A stretch of 64,000 nucleotides of DNA from Octopus sinensis (lineage: Eukaryota). The stretch covers positions 2,046,001-2,110,000 of the forward strand of contig NC_043023.1 of NCBI RefSeq assembly GCF_006345805.1. Direction: 5' to 3'. The position numbers and the translations under genes were made by a program. Shown here one piece after another: positions 23,389 to 36,423 of the stretch. A model generated the notes under the pieces. It was not told where the DNA came from. It saw nothing but the letters and a program-made list of their open reading frames with translations, and did no database searches. The first letter of the stretch is position 1. The number at the start of each line of letters is the position of its first letter.

Positions 23389-23793
23389 AAGGCGGCGAGT
23401 TGGCAGAAACGTTAGCACGCCGGACGAAATGCGTAGCTGTATTTCGTCTGCCGTTACGTTCCGAGTTCAAATTCCGCCGAGGTCGACTTTGCCTTTAATC
23501 CTTTCGGGGTCGATAAATTAAGTACCATTTACGCACTGGAGTCGATGTAATCGACTTAATCCCTTTGTCTGCCCTTGTTTGTCCCCTCTGTGTTTAGCCC
23601 CTTGTGGGTAGTAAAGAAATAGGTATTTCGTCTGCCGTTACGTTGTGAGTTCAAATTCCGCCGAGGTCGACTTTGCCTTTAATCCTTTCGGGGTCGATAA
23701 ATTAAGTACCATTTACGCACTGGAGTCGATGTAATCGACTTAATCCCTTTGTCCCCTCTGTGTTTAGCCCCTTATGGGCAGTAAAGAAATAGG
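23389..23793 (+). mobile_element. SINE S2: head plus two body units
   Basis: Same unit junction (AAAGAAATAG|GTATTTCGTCTG) as the 5.0-6.0 kb array. Confidence 0.85.
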
Positions 23794-24394
23794 TTGTCTT
23801 TTAAGGTACACACTCGTATAGAAAATGTGACATCATCATAGTCGTCATATAAAATGCTTACGATAGATAACTTATGGAAAAGATTATAATTTAAAATTTT
23901 TGTAATTCAAATTTGTGAATGAAAATAAAGTTTATTTAGTAGTGGAGATAGTACTGAATCTTTTGATACCCCATACGTGAAAATCGACGACTCGGTTTTG
24001 GAATGCATAAGGGACATATGCACCCTCAAAAACTCCAATACTGACCCACACATACCCTCTCTACTCAGCAATAAAGGGTGCGCGAGCGCAACACTCTCTG
24101 CAGCTCAGAGAAAATGAACGGCTGAAACAAGTGTTGTATACGTCTGTCTTGTTTTTTCGCTTTAAAGGTAAGCGATTCTCACAGAAGCAAATACGATATT
24201 GAATAATTCTCCGTCCATACGTCTGCTAAAAACTTTAACATACTTCCAAAATAGAGACTTCGTCTATGTTTATTTACGTGCATCTTTGTGTAGATATATG
24301 AACCTTCCTATCAGCAACACTCATCATCATCTTCTTCACAATATTTGTACCCTTTAAAAAGAAGCAGCTGTTGCTATTTTTTCTGAATTTATTT

Positions 24395-25065
24395 TACATT
24401 GTGTACATCCAGATTGGAACTGTACCTTGCACCGGAGAACATTATAGATTATCAGAAGACAAAACATATTACCAATGAAAAAAAACGTGTGCTTGCACAC
24501 ATTCGATGATTTTTCAAAATTCTAATCGTTCTATTGACGGGTTTGTCAATAGAAAGTGTGCTAAATGTAAATAAAAAAATCTTTCCACCAGGAAAAGTAC
24601 ATTTACAGAAAACTCTAAGCTGCCATTATATGTAATTTTTCATTTAGTGTTTGATTTGATTTTCGAATTGCCTGTGACGATATCTGCAAGTATGAACTGC
24701 ATTGATATAAAAACTGCCGTTCAGGGGTACCAGTTCTGTAGAGATGTTTGTTCGGCAAAACTGCTGCAGTACAAATTTCCCATTGGTGGTCCCGATCGTA
24801 CAGTAGAGATCGATGGAAGCTTGTTCTTCAATAGCAAGAACAATGTAGGAAGAACGTGTCGCAAAACTTGGGTTGTCGGATGTTATGACACCAAAACCAG
24901 AAAATAATTTCTTTAACGTGTACCCGATAGAAGTACAGAGACGTTGGAGAATGTTATCAGACAAAACTTTCTTCCAGGAACTACTGTTTTGCAAGCTATT
25001 GTAATCTCCACATACTCGGTTATCATTCCCAAAATTTCATAGATGGGTCACCGGGGCATGTACAA
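24395..25065 (+). mobile_element. Merlin transposase relic B
   Basis: DG...KC.KC...STRKSTFTENSKL, FCRDVC, IGGPDRTVEIDGS, WVVG, VPDRSTETL..VIRQNFLPGT, GYHSQNFID. Stops and frameshifts are present. Possible degenerate ends at 23805 and 25341. Confidence 0.9.
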
Positions 25066-25475
25066 ATGGCGGAGGTAAAAATCATGGACTTAGGGATATT
25101 TTTTTCGTTTTATTTTTACATGAGCACACTATATCGAGGGCGGAGATTTCGAACCTGCAAAAATCCTGCATTTTAAAAATTTATATTGTACAGGTCAAAA
25201 AAAAAGACAAAACACCCCTTCACACCCTCACTCTCCCCACACGAAATCGAAGAGTACTTGTTACCCGCTTAAAATTTCAGCGCCGAAAATTGTTAAAGGT
25301 AAGTGGAAACACTTGATGCCATTTCAAAACTGTTTTGCACCTTAGGGCTTGTATATCATTGGGGCATTCTTTCGATATAACTCGACAAAATCAAAACACT
25401 TCACTTCGGGTATTTCCGTGGAAGCAAATGACATTTCGATTCTGCTTGGAAATTTGCGGTTTTTACATACACACC

Positions 25476-25907
25476 TGGGCGATCTTTCGTCTCTAGTAGA
25501 CCTTTCCGTCGATTTCCGTAAAAAATTTTTTTTTTTTTTTTACATATGGGCTTGCGGGAACTTTTGAAGTAATATACATACATATACACATACACCGAGT
25601 AAAAAATTTCAGCTATCTCTCTCTTTCACACATTACTCTCTCTGTCTCTTCACACACACTAACAGAAGCACTTCACTTACACAACATACTTTCTGTCTCC
25701 TACACCCCATCAAACACACACACACACATGTACATCAATGCTTGCCATGCACGGTAACTTCAAAAGAACTTCCCTCGTCATACAATCGCTTTCTCTTAGT
25801 CTCTTTCGCTCTCATTACTTCAAAAGTTCCCGCAAGCCCATATGTAAAAAAAATAAATTTTTTACGGAAATCGACAGAAAGGTCTACTAGAGACGAAAGA
25901 TTGCCCA
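25476..25907. mobile_element. Foldback element with ~95-bp TIRs
   Basis: 25476-25573 matches the reverse complement of 25814-25907 apart from an A/T-run length difference and a few substitutions. Confidence 0.8.
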
Positions 25908-26318
25908 CACATGAAACAGGTAAGAACAAATATGCAAGGCTTTTTTTCTTCAAATTTAAAATGAGACATTGCTGGCATAATTTCGTTATGTCTTTACTCC
26001 ACAACCCACGGAAATACCCATGTGAAATGTTTTAACCTTGTTGAGCTATGTCGAAGGAATGCCATCCTGGGATCTATATATCCAGTAATTTTAGCAGGTA
26101 TGTAAAAGATATTGTTTAAATACACTTTGAGGATCTTTTCGCTTTGACCGACGGATTTTTAAAATAATTTCTTTGTAACTAAAGACTTTTAAACTTCCTA
26201 TACTGGTAGAATGTGTTACATAAAACATCTTTTTCTCTTGGCTTTATTGAGAAAATTCTGTAGTTTGTAAGATATTTGTTGTTTTTTTTTCTTGCATTTA
26301 GTTTCATACAAACACTAA

Positions 26319-26491
26319 TAGGCGCAGGAATGGCCGTGTGGTAAGTAGCTTGCTTACCAACCACATGGTTCTGGGTTCAGTCCCACTGCGTGGCACCTTG
26401 GGCAAGTGTCTTCTGCTATAGCCCCGGGCCGATCAATGCCTTGCGAGTGGATTAGGTAGACGGAAACTGAAAGAAGCCTGTCGTATATATG

Positions 26492-26546
<55 letters not shown>

Positions 26547-26760
26547 GTATGTGTGTGTCTGTGTTTGTCCCCCTAGCATTGCTTGACAACCGATGATGGT
26601 GTGTTTATGTCCCCGTCACCTAGTGGTTCGGCAAAACAGACCGATAGAATAAGTACTGGGCTTACAAAAGAATAAGTACTGGGGGCGATTTGCTCGACTA
26701 AAGGCGGTGCTCCAGCATGGCCGCAGTCAAATGACTGAAACAAGTAAAAGAGTAAAAGAG
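26319..26760 (+). mobile_element. SINE S1
   Basis: Full-length copy. Confidence 0.9.
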
Positions 26761-27001
26761 TTCTATTGATTTTTTTTGGGGTCCAGACATTGTTACCACT
26801 AATTTTTATAATTTCAACATTTCGTTTAATATTCTTTTCAAACTTCTCTGATTTTTCAGAAGCATAATTCTGCAAAATGTCATCTTAAAATATGTGTAAA
26901 GAAAAAGGGCTGATGCGGTTTCGTACCTGACCTTCAAAAGGGCATATTTTAAAAATAATTTCTTCGGAAAGGTGTTTTTCTTTTATATATATATATATAT
27001 A

Positions 27002-27402
27002 CTAGCAGTATCGCCCGGCGTTGCTCGGGTTTGTAAGGGAAATAACTATATAAGCATTTTTAGAGAGTTATAGCCAAAAAGTAGCAAAAAAATGCATTAA
27101 AAATGGAAAAAAATGATGGTATATTTCTTTTTAAATCGTTGACTCATCGTAGACATTTTTAGAGAGTTACTTCCCTTATATAATAGCGAAAAAATGCATT
27201 AAAATGGAAAAAAATGATGGTAAATTATTTTTAAAATCGTAGACTCATCGTAGACGCGCGCTAATACCCAGAAGGGCTCGATATGAATCACGACTATAAG
27301 ATACCCGGTTTTGGTTACACTGCACCGCAAAATGTGGGAGTAGTGAGGAATCTAAATCGTAGGAGACAGACACTCACACAACTTCACTTTTATATATATA
27401 GA
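27002..27402 (-). mobile_element. Non-autonomous Helitron, family HA
   Basis: Near-identical to 13730-14122 with the same termini and A|T target. Confidence 0.85.
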
Positions 27403-27718
27403 TGTGCCCAGGGGAAACTCGGTTCAAATTAAGTCTATTTCCCCCTCATTTTCTGCTTCTTGTTCGTAATGTGTATCACTTATAATTGTGAAATGTTTTT
27501 ATTGAAATAAAGTTTTTGGATCGCTGTGATTTTAGAAACGTCCTGTAGAAAATTAGGCCTCGATTGGTAGCTGTTTTATTGGCCTCGAAAGGATGAAATG
27601 CATAGTCGACTTGGGCAGAATTTGAACACGGAACGTAAAAATGGACGACATTTTATTTGTGACGAAATTTTCGTTGCTCAAAACTGTGACTTGTTTTGAG
27701 CAAAGATTTTACCGAAGA

Positions 27719-27986
27719 CTAGCAGTATCGCCCGGCGTTGCTCGGGTTTGTAAGGGAAATAACTATATAAACATTTTTAGAGAGTTATAGCCAAAAAAAT
27801 AGCAAAAAAATGCATTAAAAATGGAAAAAAATGATGGTATATTTCTTTTTAAATCGTTGACTCATCGTAGACATTTTTAGAGAGTTACTTCCCTTATATA
27901 ATAGCGAAAAAATGCATTAAAATGGAAAAAAATGATGGTAAATTATTTTTAAAATCGTAGACTTATCGTAGACGCGCGCTAATACC
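27719..27986 (-). mobile_element. Helitron HA, 5'-truncated
   Basis: Keeps the CTAG end and hairpin; homology stops at GCGCGCTAATACC. Confidence 0.8.
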
Positions 27987-28089
27987 AAAGGTTTTATCGA
28001 AGATATCTCGTCCCGTCACAGAAAGGGGTCACACACCCACAGACATATTCATACAGATACACCTATATACACGGACACACACACATATG

Positions 28090-28700
28090 AACACATATAC
28101 ACACGTTCACACATGCAGGAGCACAGTCATACGGACATACACACACACACTCTCTCCCTTTGTCTGCCTGTCTTTCTTTCTCTCACTCTCTCGCTTCCTC
28201 TCTCTTTCCCTTCCTGTCTGTCTCACTCTCCCCCTTCCTTTGTCTTTCTCTCTCACTCTCCCTTCCTGTCTGTCTCTCTCTTTCTCCCTTCCTGTCTGTC
28301 TCTCTCTTTCTCCCTTCCTGTCTTTCTGTCTGTTTCTCTCTCTCACCATCTCTCTCCCTTCCTCTCTCTGTCACCATCTCTCTCCCTTCCTCTGTCACTC
28401 GCTCTCATTCTCTTTCCCTTCCCCTCTCGCTGTCACTCTCTTTCCCTTCCTTTCTCTCTCACTCTCTCTCCCTTCTCTCTCTCTCTTGCTCTCCCTTTGT
28501 CTCTCTCCCGTTCTCTGTCTCCCACTCTTTCTCCCTCTCCCTTCCTCTCTCTCTCATACAGTTACACAAACATACACACGGAGACATGCACACACATATG
28601 GACGCGTACACAAACACACACGCACAGTATTTATTTATATCCCATACGGACACACATACACGCATGCACGGGCACATAAACACACACACAGATACATACA
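28090..28700. repeat. (CT)n and (AC)n low-complexity tract
   Basis: Direct reading. Confidence 0.9.
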
Positions 28701-28924
28701 TACACACAATTTTTATTTATATATTTTTTTAAAGAATTTCAGATTTTTTTTATTGAAAGGAATTTGTTTTCTAGAAAAACAGTTTCGAGTTTTAATTGAA
28801 AAAAAAGAAGAAAAAATGCCCTTTCTTTATTTGTCATTGTTTCCCCTTTTTTTTGTCAAACTGGAACTAAATTAATGGAAAAAATAACAAAACCTCTGCA
28901 ATAAATAGGGAAAAAATAAGTAAG

Positions 28925-29444
28925 ACATACACACACACACATATATATATATATAATCACACACACATACACAAATATATATTCACACTCATACATATAC
29001 ATCCACACACACGCATATTCACACAAACACACTCACACATATATATATTCATACACTCACACATATATATTTACACACATACACATATATATTCACACTC
29101 ATACATATACATCCACACACACATTCACACACACACACACTCACATATATATATATTCACACACATACACACACATATATATATATATATATTCACACAC
29201 ATACACATATATATATATATATTCACACATACATCCACACACACACACATATTCACACACTCCAGCATGGCCACAGTCAAATGACTGAAACAAGTAAAAG
29301 AGAAAAAAAGAGTAAAAGACACTCACACACATATCACACACTCACACACACATATATATATATACACACACTCACACATATATATTCACACACTCACACA
29401 TATATATATATATATTCACACACTCACACATATATATATATATT

Positions 29445-29479
<35 letters not shown>

Positions 29480-29968
29480 TCACACATATATATATATATA
29501 TATTCACACATATATATATATATATATTCACACACTCACACATATATATATATATTCACACACACACACATATTCACACACACATATATTCACACACACT
29601 CACATATATATATATATTCACACACACACACACACATATTCACACACTCACACATATATTCACACACACTCACATATATTATATATATTCACACACACAT
29701 ATATATATATTATATTCACACACATACACATATATATATATATATTCACACATACATCCACACACACACATATTCACACACTCCAGCATGGCCACAGTCA
29801 AATGACTGAAACAAGTAAAAGAGAAAAAAAAGAGTAAAAGACACTCACACACATATCACACACTCACACACACATATATATATATACACACACTCACACA
29901 TATATATTCACACACTCACACATATATATATATATATTCACACACTCACACATATATATATATATATT

Positions 29969-30001
<33 letters not shown>

Positions 30002-30985
30002 TCACACATATATATATATATATATTCACACATATATATATATATATATTCACACACTCACACATATATATATATATTCACACACACACACACATATTCA
30101 CACACTCACACATATATTCACACACACTCACATATATATATATATTCACACACACACACACACATATTCACACACTCACACATATATTCACACACACTCA
30201 CATATATATATATATATTCACACACACATATATATATATATATATTCACACATATATATATATATATTCACACACTCACACATATATATATATATTCACA
30301 CACACACACACACACACATTCACACACTCACACATATATTCACACACACATATATATATATATTCACACACACACACACATATTCACACACTCACACATA
30401 TATTCACACACACTCACATATATATATATATATTCACACACACACACACACACATATTCACACACTCACATATATATTCACACACTCACACATATATATT
30501 CACACACTCACACTTATATATTCACACACACTCACATATATATTCACACACACTCACACATATATTCACACACACTCACACGTATTCACACCCACACACA
30601 TATATATTCACATACTCACACATACACACACATATATTCACACACACTCACACATATATTCACACACTCACACATATATTCACACACTCACACTTATATT
30701 CACACACTCACACTTATATTCACACACTCACACATATATTCACACACTCACACATATATTCACACACTCACACACATATATATTCACACCCACACACATA
30801 TATTCACACCTACACACATATATATTCACACACTCACATATATTTGCACACTCACACATTCGCACACTCACACATATATTCACACACTCACACATACACA
30901 CATATATTCACACTCACTCACACACACACATATATACACATATGTATACACACACATGGATACTCACACACATACTCACGCGCGC
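28925..30985. repeat. Compound (TA)n-TTCACACAC satellite
   Basis: Direct reading; contains two S1 tail scraps. Confidence 0.95.
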
Positions 30986-32229
30986 ACACTTATTAATAAT
31001 TCGGAATATCTGCCACTCATAAATCGGAATTTCTCAGCCATTTTTTTGCCCAAAACTTTTCCACATTCTATAATTACCCATTCTTCAAAGCACTTCGGGG
31101 TGGATGAAGACAGACTTCGTCAATTTTTTTCTATTCTTTTAAATCCACGTTTTTTAAACGTCTGCTTCTCTTTCCTAACGACAGATTGTATCAACGTATT
31201 TTCTTCACCATGGGGCTTGGAGAAGTTTTAAAAGTGACAAAACATTTTTATTGTTTTCCAGTACATCACATTTTATCCATTTATTTCTTCCAAGATCCAC
31301 AACAGCCCCCACCTAAATCAGGGATGGGCACCCTTCTTGAAAGAAACGTTGGGGTTTCGGTTCAGGACGCCCACATAAGTTGGATTTTCTTTGTTTTGAC
31401 GGAGGTTCTTCAAATTTTCTTTTCAAGGGCTATAAAGTGGTGGGGGAATTTTTTATGAAATAAAATTTTGGAAAATTTTTTTTTTTTTACCTCACTGTTT
31501 GAGGAGTGGGTCATGAGATGCGATAGAAACCACAGCGAAATCTCCCGGAAAGACTTCCTCCTGCTCCCCCCACTATTTTTTCGCAAATTATTACTTTTTA
31601 AAAAAAAAAATTTTTTTGCCAAAAACCCACCTTTCGGATACGGAAATTCTGGAAAATTGCCCCAAATCGGAATTTTGCAACCTCTACCCGTTACTCCCCT
31701 TTCCCTCCGAAATTCTTCATTTTCCACTTTTTTTTCGTAACCCTAACCCTAACCGTAAATAAAAAAAATTTTTGGAAATGTTTTTCATAATCATAATCTC
31801 CGTATTTTTCCACGTATTTTAACCAAAACAGAATTGCGGAAAAAATTTTACAAAAACTTTTGGAAATTTTTTTCAGAATCTGTATTTTTCCGCATATTTT
31901 TTTGGGGAAAATTTCTGAAAAAAGTTAAAAATGAAGAATTTAGAATTTAAGGAAGTGGGGGTAATTTCCAAATGTTGACTTTTGCCAATGTTTTTGCAGA
32001 TTTGTATTCTCCGTAGCTGAAAACGGGGGTTTGTGTAGAAAATTTTTTTTTTTAGAAAGGGGGTATTTTTGGTGAGGTACAAAAGGAAGTCTAGCCATCT
32101 CTCTTAACTCATGCATATTTGCATCTGAAAATGCTTGTAAAATTTTTCTTCTTTTACCAAAAAGTTAAGTGTGTAGTGTAAAAAAAATAGCCAAACTCGG
32201 TCTGCAGGTGAGGAGTGGGAATAAATATA

Positions 32230-32430
32230 AACCATAATGTTTTTATTCTTATATTTTTGAGATGAGGAATTATGTACATTATTAACAAAGGACGGACAGG
32301 CGTCCTCACCTAGTTTGTTGTTATCACAAGGTTTCGGCTGATGTACTCTCCAGCCTTCATCAGGTGTTCTGATGGAATTTCAAACCCAACCCTTTATTTG
32401 ACTAATGGGGTACTCTGTTCTCATTCCTCA
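32230..32430 (-). mobile_element. Family S6 tail fragment
   Basis: Homologous to 3170-3320. Further S6 head (-) and tail (+) scraps lie at 32860-32945. Confidence 0.65.
32323..32368 (-). ncRNA. Minimal hammerhead-like motif, family H1 (core intact)
   Basis: AACAC-CTGATGA-A-GGCTG-GAGAGTACAT-CAGCC-GAAAC-CTT-GTGAT. CUGAUGA and GAAA are intact; position 16.2 is C instead of G. Confidence 0.6.
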
Positions 32431-32504
32431 GGTATGTTGCTGGTGTTATTTTTCTGTTGATATTATTTTTCAAGTTCCTGCCTGGGATTAAATAATAATA
32501 ATAA

Positions 32505-32860
32505 TGAAATTATTGTATACAGTGCTCAGGTGCCCCACAACTTGTCAAAAGTGTGTATAAAGCATATGCAGTAATGTACAAATGTCTGGAAAGTGAACAG
32601 TGTACGAGTCAGATACATGCTTGTGTGTGTATGGAGGGGAGAAAATCAGGTGTAGTGTTGGCGAATCTCAGGAAGTATGGAAGTTTGAAGGATGCAGTGC
32701 TCCGACAACTAACAACTGATGCCGGCAGTTTGTTCCATGCTTCAGCAACTCTTAGCATGAAAAAATGTTTCCGAAAGTCATGGGAGCTGTGCTGTTTTCT
32801 GACTTTGTAAACATGTCCACAGGTGTTAGACAGGTGGAGTTTGAAAAGGTGCTCAGAGTT
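32505..32860 (-). mobile_element. CR1-type LINE 3' end
   Basis: NTCGHVYKVRKQHSSHDFRKHFFMLRVAEAWNKLPASVVSC; (AAT)n tail at the left. Confidence 0.85.
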
Positions 32861-33034
32861 TGAACTTAGAATCCGAGGGTTAGTAACCCACGCTCTTATA
32901 TTGGGTTCAAAATTTCACCAGAAAACCTGACGAAGGCTGGAGAGAGACACCTATCTGCCCATTGTAAATAATATATAAATGTTTTTCTTTAACTGATGCC
33001 TCCCATCATTTCAGAGATCATCTCCTTCTCAATC

Positions 33035-33195
33035 CTTTTTGCCCCTTGTGGAGCATAGGGCCTCAACAGTTGTTTTCCACCTTTTGCGGTCATTGGCGTG
33101 TTCCTTGGCTGCTTCCCATGTCAATTCGGTGGACCTGAGCTCATCCAAAATGTTGTTTCCATGTCTGCTTCAGGTGTCCTCGCTTCCGTTTTCCC
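33035..33195 (-). mobile_element. RTE-type LINE ORF 3' end
   Basis: GKRKRGHLKQTW...ELTWEAAKEHANDRKRWKTTVEALC. Confidence 0.8.
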
Positions 33196-33440
33196 CCTTT
33201 TAATCACTGTCTGTTTGATATAGAAATGTCTTCTTTTATCTTTTACTTGTTTCAGTCATTAGACTGTGGCCATGCTGGGGCACCACCTTGAAGTTTTACT
33301 CTTTTTCGTTTTTAATCCTGGTATTTATTCTATTGTTCTCTATTGCCAGACCATTTAGTTAGAGGAATGTAAACACACCAACACCGGTTGTCAGTTGGTG
33401 GCAGCAGTGGGGGCAGGGATAAACACACATACACACACTC

Positions 33441-34042
33441 TTTTACTTCTTTCGTTCATTTGACTGCAGCCAAGCTGGAGCACCACCTTAATGGATTTTA
33501 GTTAAAAAATCAACTCAAGAACTTATTCTTTGTAAGCCCAGTACTTATCCATTGGTCACTTTGCTGAACCACTAAGTTAAAGGGACATAAACACACCAAC
33601 ATTAGTTGTAGGGGACAAACATACACACGCACATATTTATATATACAACAGGCTTCTTCAGTTTCTGTCTACCAAATCCACTCACAAGGCTTTGGTCGGC
33701 CCGAGGCTATAGTAGAAGACACTTGCCCAAGGTGCCACGCAGGGGGACTGAACCTGGAACCATGTGGTTGGGAAGCAAACTTCTTATTTCTCTATTGTCC
33801 ACAAGGAGCTAAACACAGAGGGGACAAACAAGAACAGACAAAAGGATTAAGTCAATTATATCGACCCCAGTGCATAACTGGTACTTAATTTATCGACCCC
33901 GAAAGGACGAAAGGCAAAGTCGACCTCGGTGGAATCTGAACTCAGAACCTAACAGCAGACGAAATACTGCTAAGCATTTCGCCCGGCGTGCTAACGTTTC
34001 TGCCAGCTCGCTGCCATACCACACAACCACACCTGCCCCTAT
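33441..34042 (-). mobile_element. SINE S1 with an S2 copy (33788-34017) nested in its head
   Basis: The S1 head breaks at AAACTTCTTA and resumes at CCACACAACC after the S2 sequence. Confidence 0.75.
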
Positions 34043-34259
34043 ACAATGGGCTTCTTTTAGTTTCTGTCTAATAAATCCCACTTAAAATGCTTTGGTCATC
34101 CTGAGGCTATAGTAGAAGACACTGGCCCAAGATGCCATGCAGTGGGGCTGAACCAAGAACCATGTAGTTGGAAAGCAAGCTTTTTTACTGCACAGCCATG
34201 CTTGTGCTTGCATATTAAATGTTTTATTCATCATCTGTTTGATATAGCAGCATGTAATA

Positions 34260-34291
<32 letters not shown>

Positions 34292-34514
34292 GATATTAAT
34301 AGTAATAGTAATAATAATAACAACAATAATAATAATGACAATAATAATAATTACAATAATAATGATAATAACAATAATAACAAGAACAACAATAATAATA
34401 AGAACAACAATAATAATAACAATAACAATAACATCAACAAGAACAATAATAATAATAATAATACCACCACCACCACCACCACCAACAACAACAACAATAA
34501 TTAACTTATGACAT

Positions 34515-34815
34515 ACATTGCTCAGGTGCAGTACAACAACTCTTCAGAAAAGGTAAGCAGAACTGCATGAAGAGTAGAAAGAATAATGCATAGAAAAAAA
34601 CAGGAAAGAGAGAAACTGTGAATGAGTCATAGCAGAGAAGATGAGGTGTAGTGGAATTCCAGGATGCAGTGTTCTGACAGCTAACAACTGATTCAGGCAG
34701 TTTATTCCATTCTTCAGTGATTCTGAGCATCATAAAACACATTTCCGAAAGTCATGGGTGCTGCTGTGTTGTTTTCGGATTTTGTAAGCATGGCCACAGG
34801 TGTTAGACACAGGTA
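34515..34815 (-). mobile_element. CR1-type LINE 3' end, second copy
   Basis: LRITEEWNKLPESVVSCQNTAS; homologous to 32505-32860. Confidence 0.8.
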
Positions 34816-35446
34816 ACCTATATTACGGATTTATAAACAGGGATGATTTAGCTGTTTCTCCAGAGACTGAGAAAACATGAACAGCCTTAATTGGTTTTCG
34901 AATATTATTGGACTCAGCAGTTCGGTAAAAGAGACCGATAGAATAAGTTGCTAGGCTTTAAAAAAAATGAGTCACTGCTGTAGTTAAATGATTGAAAGAA
35001 ATAAAAGAGTAAAAGATTTGTATTTATATATATATATATATATTATAATAATAATAATAATTTGAGGGAATATTATTCCAAACTTACAGGGAAAAATTCA
35101 ATTTAGAAATACTAAATCAAATTTCACAATTTAATTTAATTTTTCATTTTGAATTGATAAAAGATAATTTTTTAAAATTTATATATATATACAAATGGCG
35201 GTGCCCCAGCATGGCCACAGCTCGTGAGTTGAAACTATATAATATAAAAAAAATATATATATATATATATATATCAAGGAATTACAAAAAATGGGACAAG
35301 AAAGCAAAACATCCAGACAGTTAGATGATACAAAAAAGGGACAAGAAAAACAAGGATGGGTCATTCGGAGTTTTCTTTCCTCAGTCGAGTTCCAGATTAT
35401 CTTTGCAATTTTGGCAATTTTTCTTGTCCCTTTTTTGTATCATCTA

Positions 35447-35945
35447 TTGGGTTATCCGGAAAGTTTGTGCTGATTTATAGTAGAGCTTACCTTTTGACTT
35501 ATTTTAGAACATGGTTGAGTCCATAAAATAGGATTCGACTACACCTCCATTTAGAGCACAGTTTAAGCTATCTTTTCGTGGAAGAAGGTTTGTGTTCCTA
35601 TAACCTGTATTAATTCTGTAACCCTTTAAAATTCAAAATAAGAAAGTTCATTTTCGGTACTTGATGCTTTGGGAACCAGACAAAAATTGCTGCAGCTCGG
35701 CTGGGATGTGTTACCCCACCCTCCATATTCACCAGATATTGCTCCTTTGGATTTCCACTTATTCAGGTCTCTGCAGAATAGTCTTAATGGTAAAAATTTC
35801 AATTCCTTGGATGACGTAAAATGATACCTTGATGAATTCTTTGCCATGAAACCACCTGAATTCTGGGAAGAGGGTATTTTCAAGCTAAAGGAAAGATGGA
35901 GATGCATTGTGCAACAAAATGGTTCATATTTGGTTGATTCAACAC
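35447..35945 (+). mobile_element. Internally deleted mariner: 5' TIR plus transposase C-terminus (35669-35938)
   Basis: TA then TTGGGTTATCCGGAAAGTTTGTGCTGATTT; peptide [28 protein letters not shown]...WRCIVQQNGSY with one internal stop. Confidence 0.9.
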
Positions 35946-36040
35946 AATAAATGTCTGGATGTTTTGTGTTCTTGTCCCATTTTTTGTATTCCTTTTTATA
36001 TACATATGGTGGTGTACATACACTGTTATATTTAAGTATG

Positions 36041-36076
<36 letters not shown>

Positions 36077-36099
36077 TATATAGTTATATACTTTATACA

Positions 36100-36305
36100 C
36101 AGTATAACCTCAATTTTCGAACAACTCTGATCACGAATAAATCGTACTTTATCTCCTGTCTTTCTCATATTCATTTAATACAATAGTACCTCGGTTTTTG
36201 AACGCCTCTGATCACAAAAAAAATCTTCCTTTATAAATATCTATATATTTATATAAAGCACAGTTTATTCGTGATCAGAGTTTTTCAAAAAGCGAGGTAC
36301 TACTG
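36100..36305. mobile_element. Tigger/pogo-like MITE
   Basis: CAGTA.AACCTC...CTCTGATCACGAATAAA left end and its reverse complement at the right end, with a partial third TIR copy inside. Confidence 0.7.
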
Positions 36306-36423
36306 TATATATATATATATATATATATTATATATGTCTGTGTGTTATAAAATTGCACAGAAGGATGACAAACAAACACTTGGAAAATTAACACAAGTCA
36401 CGGATATGCTCATCCCTTATCAG

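Noticed and set aside
31738-31756. TAACCC telomere-like repeat
   Set aside because: Only 2-3 units, and TTAGGG tracts also occur inside a dispersed repeat here.
34820-34905. YYGFINRDDLAVS, resembling a Penelope RT motif
   Set aside because: Under 30 codons with a stop; not enough evidence.
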